From a virus (taxonomy: Duplodnaviria > Caudoviricetes): a stretch of 56,931 bases of DNA. The notes below the pieces were generated by a model. The model was not told the DNA's origin, made no database searches, and saw nothing but the letters and a program-made list of their open reading frames with translations. The translations under genes and the position numbers were made by a program. The stretch spans positions 1-56,931 of IMG/VR virus record IMGVR_UViG_3300011114_000582. One strand, 5' to 3'. This document shows, piece after piece, positions 25,653-34,969 of the stretch. Position 1 is the first letter of the stretch; the number at the start of each line of letters is the position of its first letter.

Positions 25653-27272
25653 ATGGCAGACACTGCAGAAGATACAAGCGGCTACAGCCCACTGCTGGCG
25701 CAGATGCTCAAGATCGACCCCGAGAAGATCGGGAGTGTATCGCTCTCGGCTCTTGGACGACAGGCGATGGGCGCGGATACCGACGCCTATAAAGCCGCGA
25801 AAGCGGAAGTGGACGCGGCACGCGAGACGATGAAGCAGGCGTTGCAGGACCGTAAGGGCCGCATTGACCCCACCTACCTTGCACTTGCACAGGGCTTCCT
25901 AGCTCCTACCCGCACTGGCTCCTTTGGCGAATCACTGGGCACTGCCGTTGGTGGTTACAGCAAAGCGCAAGAAGCCGAAGCCGACCGAAACGCTCAGCTC
26001 GCCAAGATGCGCTACGAGTTGGCCTTGAAAGCCGTGGACGAGGAAAAAGAAGCCGCACGCCTCGGTCTCAATGTGGTGTCCAAGCTCACGCCAAAGCTTA
26101 CCGCGTACCAGCAACAGGTGCAATCCGAGGGTGTCGATCCGCGCTCACCCGAAGGCATCTCGCGCATCAAAGAACTGCTCGCGGTGGACAAGGCTACACC
26201 CGAGATGAAAGCGTACGCCGCGCAAGCTGGTATCTCGCTCACAGATCCACAGTTCGCGATGAAGTTCAAGATGTACGAGGACACGAAGAGCCTACGCGAC
26301 ATTGCCACTCGCCTGAACCTCAATCTTAATGATCCCGCACAACTCGTGCAAGCCCAGCAAGAGGCCCAGCGCGATGCGTTCCGCAAGGATAACAAGCTCG
26401 TGGCCGACGCCTTGCAGACTTTTGGTGGCGATCCGCTTAATCCGAAGGACCTCAAGCGTGCGCAGGGTATCGTGGACGAGAATGTGCGTCTCGAACAACA
26501 AGGCAAGCGTGCTACGATCGCTCAGCAGATCGCTCAGACCACCCGCACCAAGCAAGAGATCGATGACCACATTCGCAGTGGCGATTTTAACGCGGTGGCC
26601 GCGAAAGCCGTGGACGTTGGTGTGCCGATCGATCCGAAGGTTTCCTACGCGGGCCTGAACAAGCTCGAGGCCGCCAAGAAGCGCGAACACGATCTGAACG
26701 AGTCCGCAAAATACATCCGCGAGAAGATCTCGCCGTTTACCTCCGGGATCGACGACGACATTCAAGACCTGCGCCGTGCGCTGAAGCTCAACTCCGAAAT
26801 TAGCACTGGGTACACCTACGGCATGGGCCTCGGCATTGGCGACCTCGCGAAGCTCACCTCCGGGGATCGCGCCAAGATCAACGAGTTTGACTCGCTCTCC
26901 GCACTGGCCGCGAAGCAGAACCGCATTCCGGGCGATTCCAATGTGTCGAACTTGGACGTCAAGATGATGCAACTCGGTACGTTCAGCTCCGACAAAGAGC
27001 CTTCGACCAACGAGACCCTCATCAAGTTCAAGCTTGCACAACGCGAGCGCGACAAGGACTTCAACAAGTACATGGCCGACTACGCCGCCGTGAATGGTGC
27101 CATTACACCTTATGCTGAAGCCCAGTGGCGTCGCTATCTAGATGCTAACCCCATCACCACTCGCGACGAAAAAGGCAAGGTTACGATCAACCCGAACCGC
27201 ATGACTTATCAGCAATACTTCAGCATGCCCCGAGTGCGTGTTGACAGCCAAGGACGGGAGACTCAGCAATGA
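25653..27272 (+). CDS. Putative DNA ejection protein
   Basis: Helical 539-aa protein, LALAQGFLAPTRTGSFGESLG N-terminal motif, position after the tail genes. Confidence 0.55.
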   Translation: MADTAEDTSGYSPLLAQMLKIDPEKIGSVSLSALGRQAMGADTDAYKAAKAEVDAARETMKQALQDRKGRIDPTYLALAQGFLAPTRTGSFGESLGTAVGGYSKAQEAEADRNAQLAKMRYELALKAVDEEKEAARLGLNVVSKLTPKLTAYQQQVQSEGVDPRSPEGISRIKELLAVDKATPEMKAYAAQAGISLTDPQFAMKFKMYEDTKSLRDIATRLNLNLNDPAQLVQAQQEAQRDAFRKDNKLVADALQTFGGDPLNPKDLKRAQGIVDENVRLEQQGKRATIAQQIAQTTRTKQEIDDHIRSGDFNAVAAKAVDVGVPIDPKVSYAGLNKLEAAKKREHDLNESAKYIREKISPFTSGIDDDIQDLRRALKLNSEISTGYTYGMGLGIGDLAKLTSGDRAKINEFDSLSALAAKQNRIPGDSNVSNLDVKMMQLGTFSSDKEPSTNETLIKFKLAQRERDKDFNKYMADYAAVNGAITPYAEAQWRRYLDANPITTRDEKGKVTINPNRMTYQQYFSMPRVRVDSQGRETQQ

Positions 27273-29314
27273 CCATCGAGCGAGTAATCAACGGCACGAT
27301 CTACGAATTCCCCGATGGTACACCCGAAACCACCATTCGGAAGTTCACACTGACGAAGGCTGGGACGCCCGAATCTGCGGCTCCAGCGGCTCCTGCACAA
27401 CCGCAAGCCAAACGTCCTGAAGCCTTTTTGCCCGGTGCGGCGGGTCAGGCACTACAAGGCTTGTCCATGGGCTTCTCCGACGAAGCCATTGCTCGGATGC
27501 GCTCACTGGGCGGTGACCAGAGCTACGAGGATTTGGTGAAAGCCGAGCGCGAAGGTCTGCGTAAATACGCTGAGGAGAACCCCCGCACTGCCGTGGCGTC
27601 GGAATTGGGAGGCGCACTCGTGCCCGCTCTTTTCACCGCCGGGGCTGGCGCGATCCCACAAGTGACTAAGGCCGTTGGCCCCAAGCTCGCGAATTTGCTC
27701 TTCGGTACTGCTCCAAGCATCCCCCGCATGATGGGGTACGGTGCCGGATCCGGTGCAGTGACCGCCGTTGGAACTTCCGAGAAGGAACCCGCCGAATGGG
27801 GCGGGGAGGCTCTGCGCGGCGGTGCCGCTGGTGCCGTTACTACCGGTGCGATGGGACTGCTCGGCAAATACGCCTTGATGCCCGCATTCCAAAAGATCAA
27901 GACCACGATGGGTTTCGGCGACGCGAATAAGGCGGCCGACCTCGCGATCGTGAAGGCACTGGAGAAGGACGGGATGACCCCCGACCAAGCGTTGGCTAAG
28001 ATGCAAGCCATGTCCCGTGGCGAGATCACCCTCGCGGACCTCGGCGAGAACACTGCCGCACTCCTGCGTCGCGCCACTGCCGCTCCGTCGCCCGCCCGAA
28101 TCATGGGCAAGTCCGAACTCGCTACCCGCGAGATGGAGCGCATCCCCCGGGTGTCGGAGGACCTTCGTACCCTGATGTCCGGCTCCAAGGATTTCTACAC
28201 GGACGTGCTCGATCTCACTAAAAAGCGTGCTCAAGAAGCCGAGCCTCTGTACAAAGCCGCGTGGGACAGTGCCCCGACGTTCAGTCCCACCACTGCACCC
28301 GACATCGCCAAGCTCCGGAATCTCCCTACCTTCAAGGAGGCGATGAAGATCGGTGCGAAGCGTATGGCGGACAACGAGCTGGATATTGCCGATCCCAAGA
28401 ATACCCTACGTGCTTTGCACGAGACCAAGATCGCACTGGACGACATGATCGAGAGCGCGATGCGCGAGGGTAAAGGCGGTCAGGCCGGTACGCTCTTAGA
28501 TATGAAGAAGCGGCTCCTCGCCGACATGGAGAAAGCTTCACCCGAGTACCGGATCGCACGGCAAACCTTTGCCGGTGATTCCGAGCTGTTGACGGCGATG
28601 AAGGAGGGCCAGCGTATTTACACACTGCCCGAGATGGACATGCGCAAGCTCATCGATCGTTTCAAGGATTCGCCCTCGGAGTACGATGCTTTCCGCGCTG
28701 GTATTTCCCAAGCGATGCTGGAAAAGCTCCGCACTGCGGGTCCAGCCGCTGACCCCATGAAGTCGATTCTGTCTCGTGACGCCGAGCAAAAGCTTCGCCG
28801 CGCATTCCGCGATGACGCCGCATTCGACGAATTCAAAGACCGTTTGGTTCAGGAGCAACGGATGCTCCAGACCGAGAAGTCCGGATTCCGTCGCACGCCA
28901 CTGGATACCGACCTCGACCAAGGCGCGGGTGGAGTGGGTGCCGCCGCGAACTTGATGGCCGGTCGCCCTTTTACCGCCGCCGGAGATGCCCTGCGCGCCC
29001 AGTTCCCAAATCTCGTAGGTATGCCCCCTCGGATCGCCCAGCCGACCACCGAGAAGCTCCTGACGCCCACGGCCAAGGTGGATTCGGTGATCGAGAGTAT
29101 CATGGACTCGCTGAAACAGCAGGAGCAGTCGCTCTTGACTTCCAGCCGTGTCACGACCGGTGGTGCCACCCTCGCTGGGGGCCTTGCCGCCGCCCGAGAT
29201 CCCAAGAATCAGTACCCCGAGGACATGATGCGCCCACCGAAGATCGAGCTTAGCGGCATGGCCAACCCGCCCGCCGGTCCCGCACCATCTCCCTTGGGTT
29301 CTCTCGGCCAGTAA
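27269..29314 (+). CDS. Putative DNA ejection protein
   Basis: YEFPDGT start, QGLSMGFSDE motif, Gly/Ala-rich membrane-type helices. Confidence 0.55.
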   Translation: MTIERVINGTIYEFPDGTPETTIRKFTLTKAGTPESAAPAAPAQPQAKRPEAFLPGAAGQALQGLSMGFSDEAIARMRSLGGDQSYEDLVKAEREGLRKYAEENPRTAVASELGGALVPALFTAGAGAIPQVTKAVGPKLANLLFGTAPSIPRMMGYGAGSGAVTAVGTSEKEPAEWGGEALRGGAAGAVTTGAMGLLGKYALMPAFQKIKTTMGFGDANKAADLAIVKALEKDGMTPDQALAKMQAMSRGEITLADLGENTAALLRRATAAPSPARIMGKSELATREMERIPRVSEDLRTLMSGSKDFYTDVLDLTKKRAQEAEPLYKAAWDSAPTFSPTTAPDIAKLRNLPTFKEAMKIGAKRMADNELDIADPKNTLRALHETKIALDDMIESAMREGKGGQAGTLLDMKKRLLADMEKASPEYRIARQTFAGDSELLTAMKEGQRIYTLPEMDMRKLIDRFKDSPSEYDAFRAGISQAMLEKLRTAGPAADPMKSILSRDAEQKLRRAFRDDAAFDEFKDRLVQEQRMLQTEKSGFRRTPLDTDLDQGAGGVGAAANLMAGRPFTAAGDALRAQFPNLVGMPPRIAQPTTEKLLTPTAKVDSVIESIMDSLKQQEQSLLTSSRVTTGGATLAGGLAAARDPKNQYPEDMMRPPKIELSGMANPPAGPAPSPLGSLGQ

Positions 29315-29334
29315 GCTACTAATATAGCTCCCCA

Positions 29335-29365
29335 CCCCTTCGACGCGCTCGGAGGGGCTTCTCTT
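29335..29365 (+). terminator. Hairpin ending the structural operon
   Basis: CCCCTTCGA-CGCGC-TCGGAGGGG followed by CTTCTCTT. Confidence 0.55.
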
Positions 29366-29382
29366 CACCCCGCCTTACGTTC

Positions 29383-29667
29383 AGCTTACGTGCGCATGCA
29401 CGAGAGAACCCCTGTATAGACTTCCTGTTCCATTAAGATGGTACGGCGTCTGGAACGCTCTAGTGTCTCGAAGCCCGCGTCCTTCGGGGCTTGAATGTGT
29501 CGTGTTCCGTTGTATCCCCCGTTCCATCATATACCCCCCTATTCGAACCACGGCGTTGACAGAGCATTCCCCCCGCGTGCGCATGGAACAATGGTACAGA
29601 GGGCCTGTCTGTCGAATGGGAGAGGGTGTTCCATCATGTGTTCCATTGCTATGGAACGGTGGAACAA
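29383..29667. repeat. Non-coding element A (iteron/dyad-rich, origin-like); inverted homologue of 50620-50940
   Basis: About eight GTTCCA/TGGAAC hexamers, GTTCCA-N6-TGG(A/T)AC dyads at 29427 and 29640; reverse complement aligns by eye to element B. Confidence 0.8.
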
Positions 29668-29677
29668 ACGGTGGGGA

Positions 29678-29706
29678 TTGCTGTTCCGATGGCGAGATGT
29701 TATAAT
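29678..29706 (+). promoter_or_regulatory. Promoter for the primase operon
   Basis: TTGCTG-N17-TATAAT with extended TG. Confidence 0.55.
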
Positions 29707-29760
29707 TCTACCAGCCCACAGCGGTGGTGTCAATATATAGACGTATAGAGAGGTGAAACG

Positions 29761-31323
29761 ATGACTAGTCTAGTTCAAGACTACGCGAATCTGTTCGCTG
29801 GGAATCTGCGGTCCTTTGGACAGTGGGACCCGGCTACTGGTAATATGGTAACGGAGAAATCCGAGGTAACGCTCCAGCACTACGCGGACCATTTGGAGGG
29901 TCGGATGGGGCTGGGTATAGTCCCAATCACGGACGGCGGTACGGTGCTCTTCGGGTGTATCGATGTGGATAATCACGGCAAAGGCTCGGATGGGTCCGAC
30001 ATCGACATCCCGAAGCTTGTGGAGAAGATCGAGCATTATCGGCTCCCGCTGGTAGCTACCCGGAGCAAGTCGGGTGGAGCACACTTGTACCTGTTCGGCG
30101 AGGAGTATCTTCCGGCCAAGCTCGTGATTCGGCTCCTGAATTCGTGGCGCGACATGCTCCAAATCCCGAACCACGTGGACATCTTCCCGAAGCAGGACTC
30201 GCTGACCACGTCCAGTGGCGAGAAGTCGCTCGGGAACTGGATTAACCTGCCGTTCTTCGACAAAGACAAGACGGTGCGGTACGCGGTGGATGACAAAGGT
30301 CAGAAGATGTCGTTCGAGCTGTTCATTACCTACGCCCAGTCGCGTCGGGTTACAGTGGCGGCACTGCAGGAGATGGCCCACCGGGAGCACTTGGAGGCCC
30401 CGCCGTGCATCCAAAAGATGATCCACACGGGCGTCGAATCCGGTTCTCGCAACGACTCAATGTATAATGTGGTGGTGTATCTTAAGCGTGCCCGCCCCGA
30501 CACGTTCTTTGACGATGCGATGGCACTGAACCGCACAATGTTCGACAAGCCGCTCGGTCCCGCTGAAGCCAAGAAGGTGATTCGGTCCGCGTCGCGCCGT
30601 GACTACTTGTACAAATGTAGCGAGGAGCCGTGCAAGTCGCTCTGCGACCGCAAGGTGTGCGTAACCCGCGAGTTCGGTATCTCGACCGAGGAGAGCAAAG
30701 AGCTTGATGCACAGGACCAACTGCCGCAGTTCACCGAACTGATCGAGTACCAGTCTGAACCCCCACGCTGGGGCATCCACGTCAACGGGAAGCTTATCGC
30801 GAACATCCCGACTATTATCCTACGTGACCCCGCCGCAATGGGCACGCTGATCTTCGAACAGCTCAAGATCAATATCCCCAAGATTACTCAAGATTCGTGG
30901 CGACGCCGCATTCTCGACCCGCTCATCCCGACCTTACGGGTGATCGAAGTGCCAAAAGAAGCGAGTGCGTCGGGTATCATTGCCGCGAAGTTCAACGAAT
31001 TCGTGCAAAAGGCCGACCTGACCTCCGATGGCACCAACACTGAGGATCGCAAGGCACTGACCCGCAACATCCCTGTGGTGCAAGTCATCAACGGCGTGCG
31101 GTGTATCGTGTTCCGGGGCACGGCCTTCTCCGAATTCCTCAAGCGCAACAAAGCCGAGGTAATGACGGGGATGGACTTGTGGACGTCATTGCGGCGAGAC
31201 TGTGGCGCGGACCACGACAAGCTCCGAATCCCGGGCGGCAAGCCCATCAATGTCTGGTATGCTCCTATAACTGAAGATCACGAGGTGAAAGTCGATGAAC
31301 CCAAGTTCCGATCAGAATTCTAA
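29761..31323 (+). CDS. Archaeo-eukaryotic (AEP, TOTE-like) primase with PriCT-like domain
   Basis: GCIDVD motif I, RSKSGGAHLYLF motif II, IFPKQ...GNWINLP, PPC...GSRND, Cys cluster CSEEPCKSLCDRKVC. Confidence 0.8.
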   Translation: MTSLVQDYANLFAGNLRSFGQWDPATGNMVTEKSEVTLQHYADHLEGRMGLGIVPITDGGTVLFGCIDVDNHGKGSDGSDIDIPKLVEKIEHYRLPLVATRSKSGGAHLYLFGEEYLPAKLVIRLLNSWRDMLQIPNHVDIFPKQDSLTTSSGEKSLGNWINLPFFDKDKTVRYAVDDKGQKMSFELFITYAQSRRVTVAALQEMAHREHLEAPPCIQKMIHTGVESGSRNDSMYNVVVYLKRARPDTFFDDAMALNRTMFDKPLGPAEAKKVIRSASRRDYLYKCSEEPCKSLCDRKVCVTREFGISTEESKELDAQDQLPQFTELIEYQSEPPRWGIHVNGKLIANIPTIILRDPAAMGTLIFEQLKINIPKITQDSWRRRILDPLIPTLRVIEVPKEASASGIIAAKFNEFVQKADLTSDGTNTEDRKALTRNIPVVQVINGVRCIVFRGTAFSEFLKRNKAEVMTGMDLWTSLRRDCGADHDKLRIPGGKPINVWYAPITEDHEVKVDEPKFRSEF

Positions 31324-33037
31324 AGTGCAGATCGCCTACGATGCAAAGACCAGTCGATTCGTTATCCACTCGCCGCCGTGGATGGTGGACAAGATTCGCC
31401 GTATTCCCAATCGGCGTTGGGATTCTCGTCGCCGCGTGTGGACAGCTCCTGCTCTACGGGCTAATAGCGAGTTCCTGCTTGGTAATTTTGACGCTGACAC
31501 ATTTACAAGCGATGCTCGCACGGTTGCAACTGAGACTATCGAGCGCGTACGCACGAATCAAGTAGCGGCGTTTCCGCCGGTCTACACGTTCAAGACTACG
31601 CCACGACCCTACCAGCTCAAAGGCCTCGATCATGCGTGGAATAAGAGCACATTCGCGTTCTACATGGATATGGGTACGGGCAAGACCAAGACTTCGCTCG
31701 ACCTCTTTGCCGCCTACTTTATGGACGCCAAGGTGGACCGAGTGCTGATCGTCACCAAGTTCAGCACACGCAAGAACTGGGAACGTGAGGTCCTCATCCA
31801 TTGCCCGATGGAGTGCGACACGATGATTCTCGACACCGGGAAGCCCAAGGCGTTCGAGGAGTGGAATACCGCGACCGATGGCCGCCTGAAGTTTCTGATC
31901 GTCGGCACCGAGTCGCTGGCGGCCGGTGGTGCGGTGCATCTTGCGCAAAAGTTCGTGGACTGCAGTACCCGCGTCGGCATGATCGTGGACGAGGCGCATA
32001 TGATCAAAAATCACTCAGCGGTGCGCAGTAAGAACTGCGTCAAGCTGGGCAAATCCGCGAATTACAAAGTGATCATGACGGGCACGCCAGTGGCGAATGG
32101 CCCCATGGACATCTTCATGCAATTCGAGTTCCTCGATCCGAACATTATCGGGATCGGGGATTTCTACTCTTTCCGCAATCGGTACGCGATCATGGGCGGG
32201 TATGAGGATCGGCAAGTGGTGGGCTACCAGAATATGGAAGAGCTTATCGAGCTGATCTCGCCGTTCATCTACCAAGTTCGCAAGTCCGAGGTGCTGACGG
32301 AGTTACCACCAAAAGTGTATCAGACCCGCGAGGTCCAGCTAACTGATGAACAAAAACGACTATATAAAGACATTGCTAAACGTGACAAGACGGTATCTGG
32401 AGATCAAGGAATCACCGTCAAGACGGTGCTTGAGCGAATGCTCCGGCTCCAAGAGATCGCCGGGGGTATCATCACCTTCGAGCGCAACCCCGACCTCTAC
32501 GATGCGGCGAAGTTCACGCACAATCGCATTGCAGGAAAGAATCCGAAAGTCGAAGAGCTACTCGCTATAGCCGAGGAGAACGACGCCAGTACGATCGTGT
32601 GGTGCCGGTTTATCGAGGAAATTCGTATGGTGTGCGAGGCCCTGCGCGAGAAGTACGGGCACGACTCTGTGGTGGAAATCCATGGCGGCATCTCCGAGAA
32701 TGACCGCGACCACAACGTGCAGAATCTGTTCCAGACTGGCAAAGCGCGATTTCTTGTGGGCAACGCGGCCACCGGCGGTGTAGGTCTGAACATGACTCGT
32801 GCGGAGTTGGTAGTGTACTACTCCAATTCGTTCTCTTTCACCGATCGCGAGCAGTCCGAGGACCGTGCACACCGGATTGGGCAGACGCGAAGCGTAACGT
32901 ACATCGACATCATCGCCGAAGGCACTGTGGATGCGGCCGTCACGCAAGCGTTACGCGAGAAAAAGGATGTGAGCGAGTTCGTGCGGACGAGCATCAACGA
33001 CCGAAACGATCGGAACTTGCTAGGCACGCTCGTGTAG
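31295..33037 (+). CDS. SNF2-family (SF2) helicase
   Basis: MDMGTGKT, DEAH, MTGTP, GGVGLNM, QSEDRAHRIGQ. Confidence 0.92.
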   Translation: MNPSSDQNSKVQIAYDAKTSRFVIHSPPWMVDKIRRIPNRRWDSRRRVWTAPALRANSEFLLGNFDADTFTSDARTVATETIERVRTNQVAAFPPVYTFKTTPRPYQLKGLDHAWNKSTFAFYMDMGTGKTKTSLDLFAAYFMDAKVDRVLIVTKFSTRKNWEREVLIHCPMECDTMILDTGKPKAFEEWNTATDGRLKFLIVGTESLAAGGAVHLAQKFVDCSTRVGMIVDEAHMIKNHSAVRSKNCVKLGKSANYKVIMTGTPVANGPMDIFMQFEFLDPNIIGIGDFYSFRNRYAIMGGYEDRQVVGYQNMEELIELISPFIYQVRKSEVLTELPPKVYQTREVQLTDEQKRLYKDIAKRDKTVSGDQGITVKTVLERMLRLQEIAGGIITFERNPDLYDAAKFTHNRIAGKNPKVEELLAIAEENDASTIVWCRFIEEIRMVCEALREKYGHDSVVEIHGGISENDRDHNVQNLFQTGKARFLVGNAATGGVGLNMTRAELVVYYSNSFSFTDREQSEDRAHRIGQTRSVTYIDIIAEGTVDAAVTQALREKKDVSEFVRTSINDRNDRNLLGTLV

Positions 33038-33045
33038 TGTATAAT
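33017..33045 (+). promoter_or_regulatory. sigma70-type promoter
   Basis: TTGCTA-N17-TATAAT. Confidence 0.55.
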
Positions 33046-33077
33046 AGAGCACATAGAGATTAGAACATAGAGGAAGT

Positions 33078-33419
33078 ATGCAAAAACCCGTAGTATTCGT
33101 TACTCAAGAAGTTACGACCGCCAACTATCAGGATGTGGAACGCTTTGGCGAACCCGTATTCCTGTCCACCAGCGAGGTGTCGAATGTCCCGGATTCCCTC
33201 CACAATCAAAAGCTCATCGCCTTCATCCGAAGCCGATTCGACAAGTACGACCCCGCCGTTGACTTCATCGCCCCCAGCGGAAGTCCTATCGTCGCGGGGT
33301 TGGTATTTGCGATGGCTCGAGAAAGAGGAGACACCTTCAACATCCTCAAGTGGAACAACCGCGATCGCCAATACACAGCGATCCGAATCGGAGTAAAGGG
33401 AGAAAAGAATGTCTACTGA
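33078..33419 (+). CDS. Hypothetical protein
   Basis: 113-aa ORF with ATAGAGGA RBS. Confidence 0.75.
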   Translation: MQKPVVFVTQEVTTANYQDVERFGEPVFLSTSEVSNVPDSLHNQKLIAFIRSRFDKYDPAVDFIAPSGSPIVAGLVFAMARERGDTFNILKWNNRDRQYTAIRIGVKGEKNVY

Positions 33420-33846
33420 GATCGATAACGAGTACTCGAAATACGATAATGTACCGCTTGTCGAGTTGGTGCACGCGATGTCCACGATGCAGAATCGCAA
33501 AGAGGCACTCGAGGACCAGCTCAAGATCGTGAACAAGGAATTCGACTTTCTGCGTATCACGAAGATTCCCGCCAAGATGGAAGAGGACGGCGTGGACCGC
33601 ATTAATGTGACCGGCATTGGCCGCGTGTCGCTGACAGCGGACATGCACGTGTCGGTAAAGGCCGACCAAAAGTCCGAATTCTTCACGTGGCTCCGCGACA
33701 ATGGTCGTGGCGACCTCTTGCAGGAGAATATCAACCCGTCTACTCTTAAGGCGGCCGTGAAGAAGATGTTCCGCGAAGGCGAAGAAGTGCCAGATACTCT
33801 TCTGAATGTGTCACCTTTTACGCGTGCGTCAATCACGCGGACCTGA
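33409..33846 (+). CDS. Hypothetical replication-module protein
   Basis: Coiled coil plus FFTWLRDNGRGDL...NPSTLKA motif typical of phage replication modules. Confidence 0.7.
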   Translation: MSTEIDNEYSKYDNVPLVELVHAMSTMQNRKEALEDQLKIVNKEFDFLRITKIPAKMEEDGVDRINVTGIGRVSLTADMHVSVKADQKSEFFTWLRDNGRGDLLQENINPSTLKAAVKKMFREGEEVPDTLLNVSPFTRASITRT

Positions 33847-33905
33847 ATTCGGCAATAATGCCGGACAACCCGCACGCGATGCGTGCATGTAACTAGGAGC
33901 TAGCG

Positions 33906-34649
33906 ATGGCTAAAAATCAAGTAGCAGTAAAAGAAGAGTTCGAACTTGTGACTAACGAGATTCCGGATTTTTTAAAGCAAGGTAATCGGGGCGCGGAGAA
34001 TGTCGGTACTGACGACATGATTATCCCCCGCATAGAGCTGATCCAAGCACTGTCCCCAGTGCGCAAGAAAAGCGATCCCGCCTACATCGAAGGCGCAGAG
34101 GAAGGAATGCTGTACAATAACGTCACTCGCACGCTGTACGGCACTGAGGTCACTGTGGTGCCGGTGTACTACACGAAGCAGTTCCTCGTGTGGAAAGACC
34201 GTAAGGCGGGCGGTGGTGGTAGCAACGGCTTCCGTGGAGCGTTCGCCACAAAAGAACTGGCCGACCGCGCAATCGCGGAGCTGGCCGAAGAAGCGTTGGA
34301 AGTGTCCGATACGGCTCAACACTTCGTGCTGGTTCGCAATGGCGACGACTGGCAAGAAGCGGTGATCTCGATGGCCAAGTCCAAGATCAAGGTGTCCAAG
34401 CGTTGGAATTCGCTGATGCGACTCACCAACACGGACTCGTTCAGCCGCGCCTACAAGCTGTCGGCAGTGACCGAGACCAATGCAAGGAACGAAAGCTACT
34501 TCAACTTCAACGTCTCGGCCCTTGGGTTCGTGAATAAGGACCTGTACGAGCGTGCCGAGAAGCTGTATGAAACGATCCGCGCCGGTGGTGTCAAGGTCTC
34601 CAATGACTACGACGGCGAAGTGAACGAAGTCGCAGAATCCGAGTATTGA
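33906..34649 (+). CDS. Putative ssDNA-binding/annealing protein
   Basis: GAENVGTDDMIIPRIELIQALSP motif, aromatic-rich core, acidic C-terminus ending in Tyr. Confidence 0.55.
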   Translation: MAKNQVAVKEEFELVTNEIPDFLKQGNRGAENVGTDDMIIPRIELIQALSPVRKKSDPAYIEGAEEGMLYNNVTRTLYGTEVTVVPVYYTKQFLVWKDRKAGGGGSNGFRGAFATKELADRAIAELAEEALEVSDTAQHFVLVRNGDDWQEAVISMAKSKIKVSKRWNSLMRLTNTDSFSRAYKLSAVTETNARNESYFNFNVSALGFVNKDLYERAEKLYETIRAGGVKVSNDYDGEVNEVAESEY

Positions 34650-34657
34650 TTAACCAC

Positions 34658-34673
34658 GGGGGCTTCGGCCCCC
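34658..34673 (+). terminator. UUCG hairpin after the SSB-like gene
   Basis: GGGGGC-TTCG-GCCCCC; no U-tract. Confidence 0.5.
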
Positions 34674-34687
34674 ACTAAAGGACTAAT

Positions 34688-34969
34688 ATGGCTACTAAAA
34701 AGCAAGTCGAGACACCGGCAGAAGACGTGCTCGAAGAATTCAAAGAGATCGTATCCACGATGCCTATCCCTCCAGTTTCACAGGACGAGAGCGACGAAGA
34801 GCGTCGGGTTCGCAATATCAACACGTCTTTTGACGCGAATGTTCACTATCTGCGCACTCTACGCGACGCCTACCACGACAGTGCGGTGCAAGAGATGTTT
34901 ACCACAGCGATCGCGCACACAGTCACGGCTCAAATGTGGGCAGTGCGTGCAGTGAAGTATCGCGGCTAA
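34688..34969 (+). CDS. Small protein, possible Acb2/Tad1-like helical hairpin
   Basis: C-terminal TAIAHTVTAQMWAVRAV resembles the Acb2/Tad1-type helix. Confidence 0.4.
   Translation: MATKKQVETPAEDVLEEFKEIVSTMPIPPVSQDESDEERRVRNINTSFDANVHYLRTLRDAYHDSAVQEMFTTAIAHTVTAQMWAVRAVKYRG

Noticed and set aside
29381-29740. Short ORFs in the intergenic element A
   Set aside because: No RBS, atypical composition; the region is better explained as a repeat-rich non-coding element.
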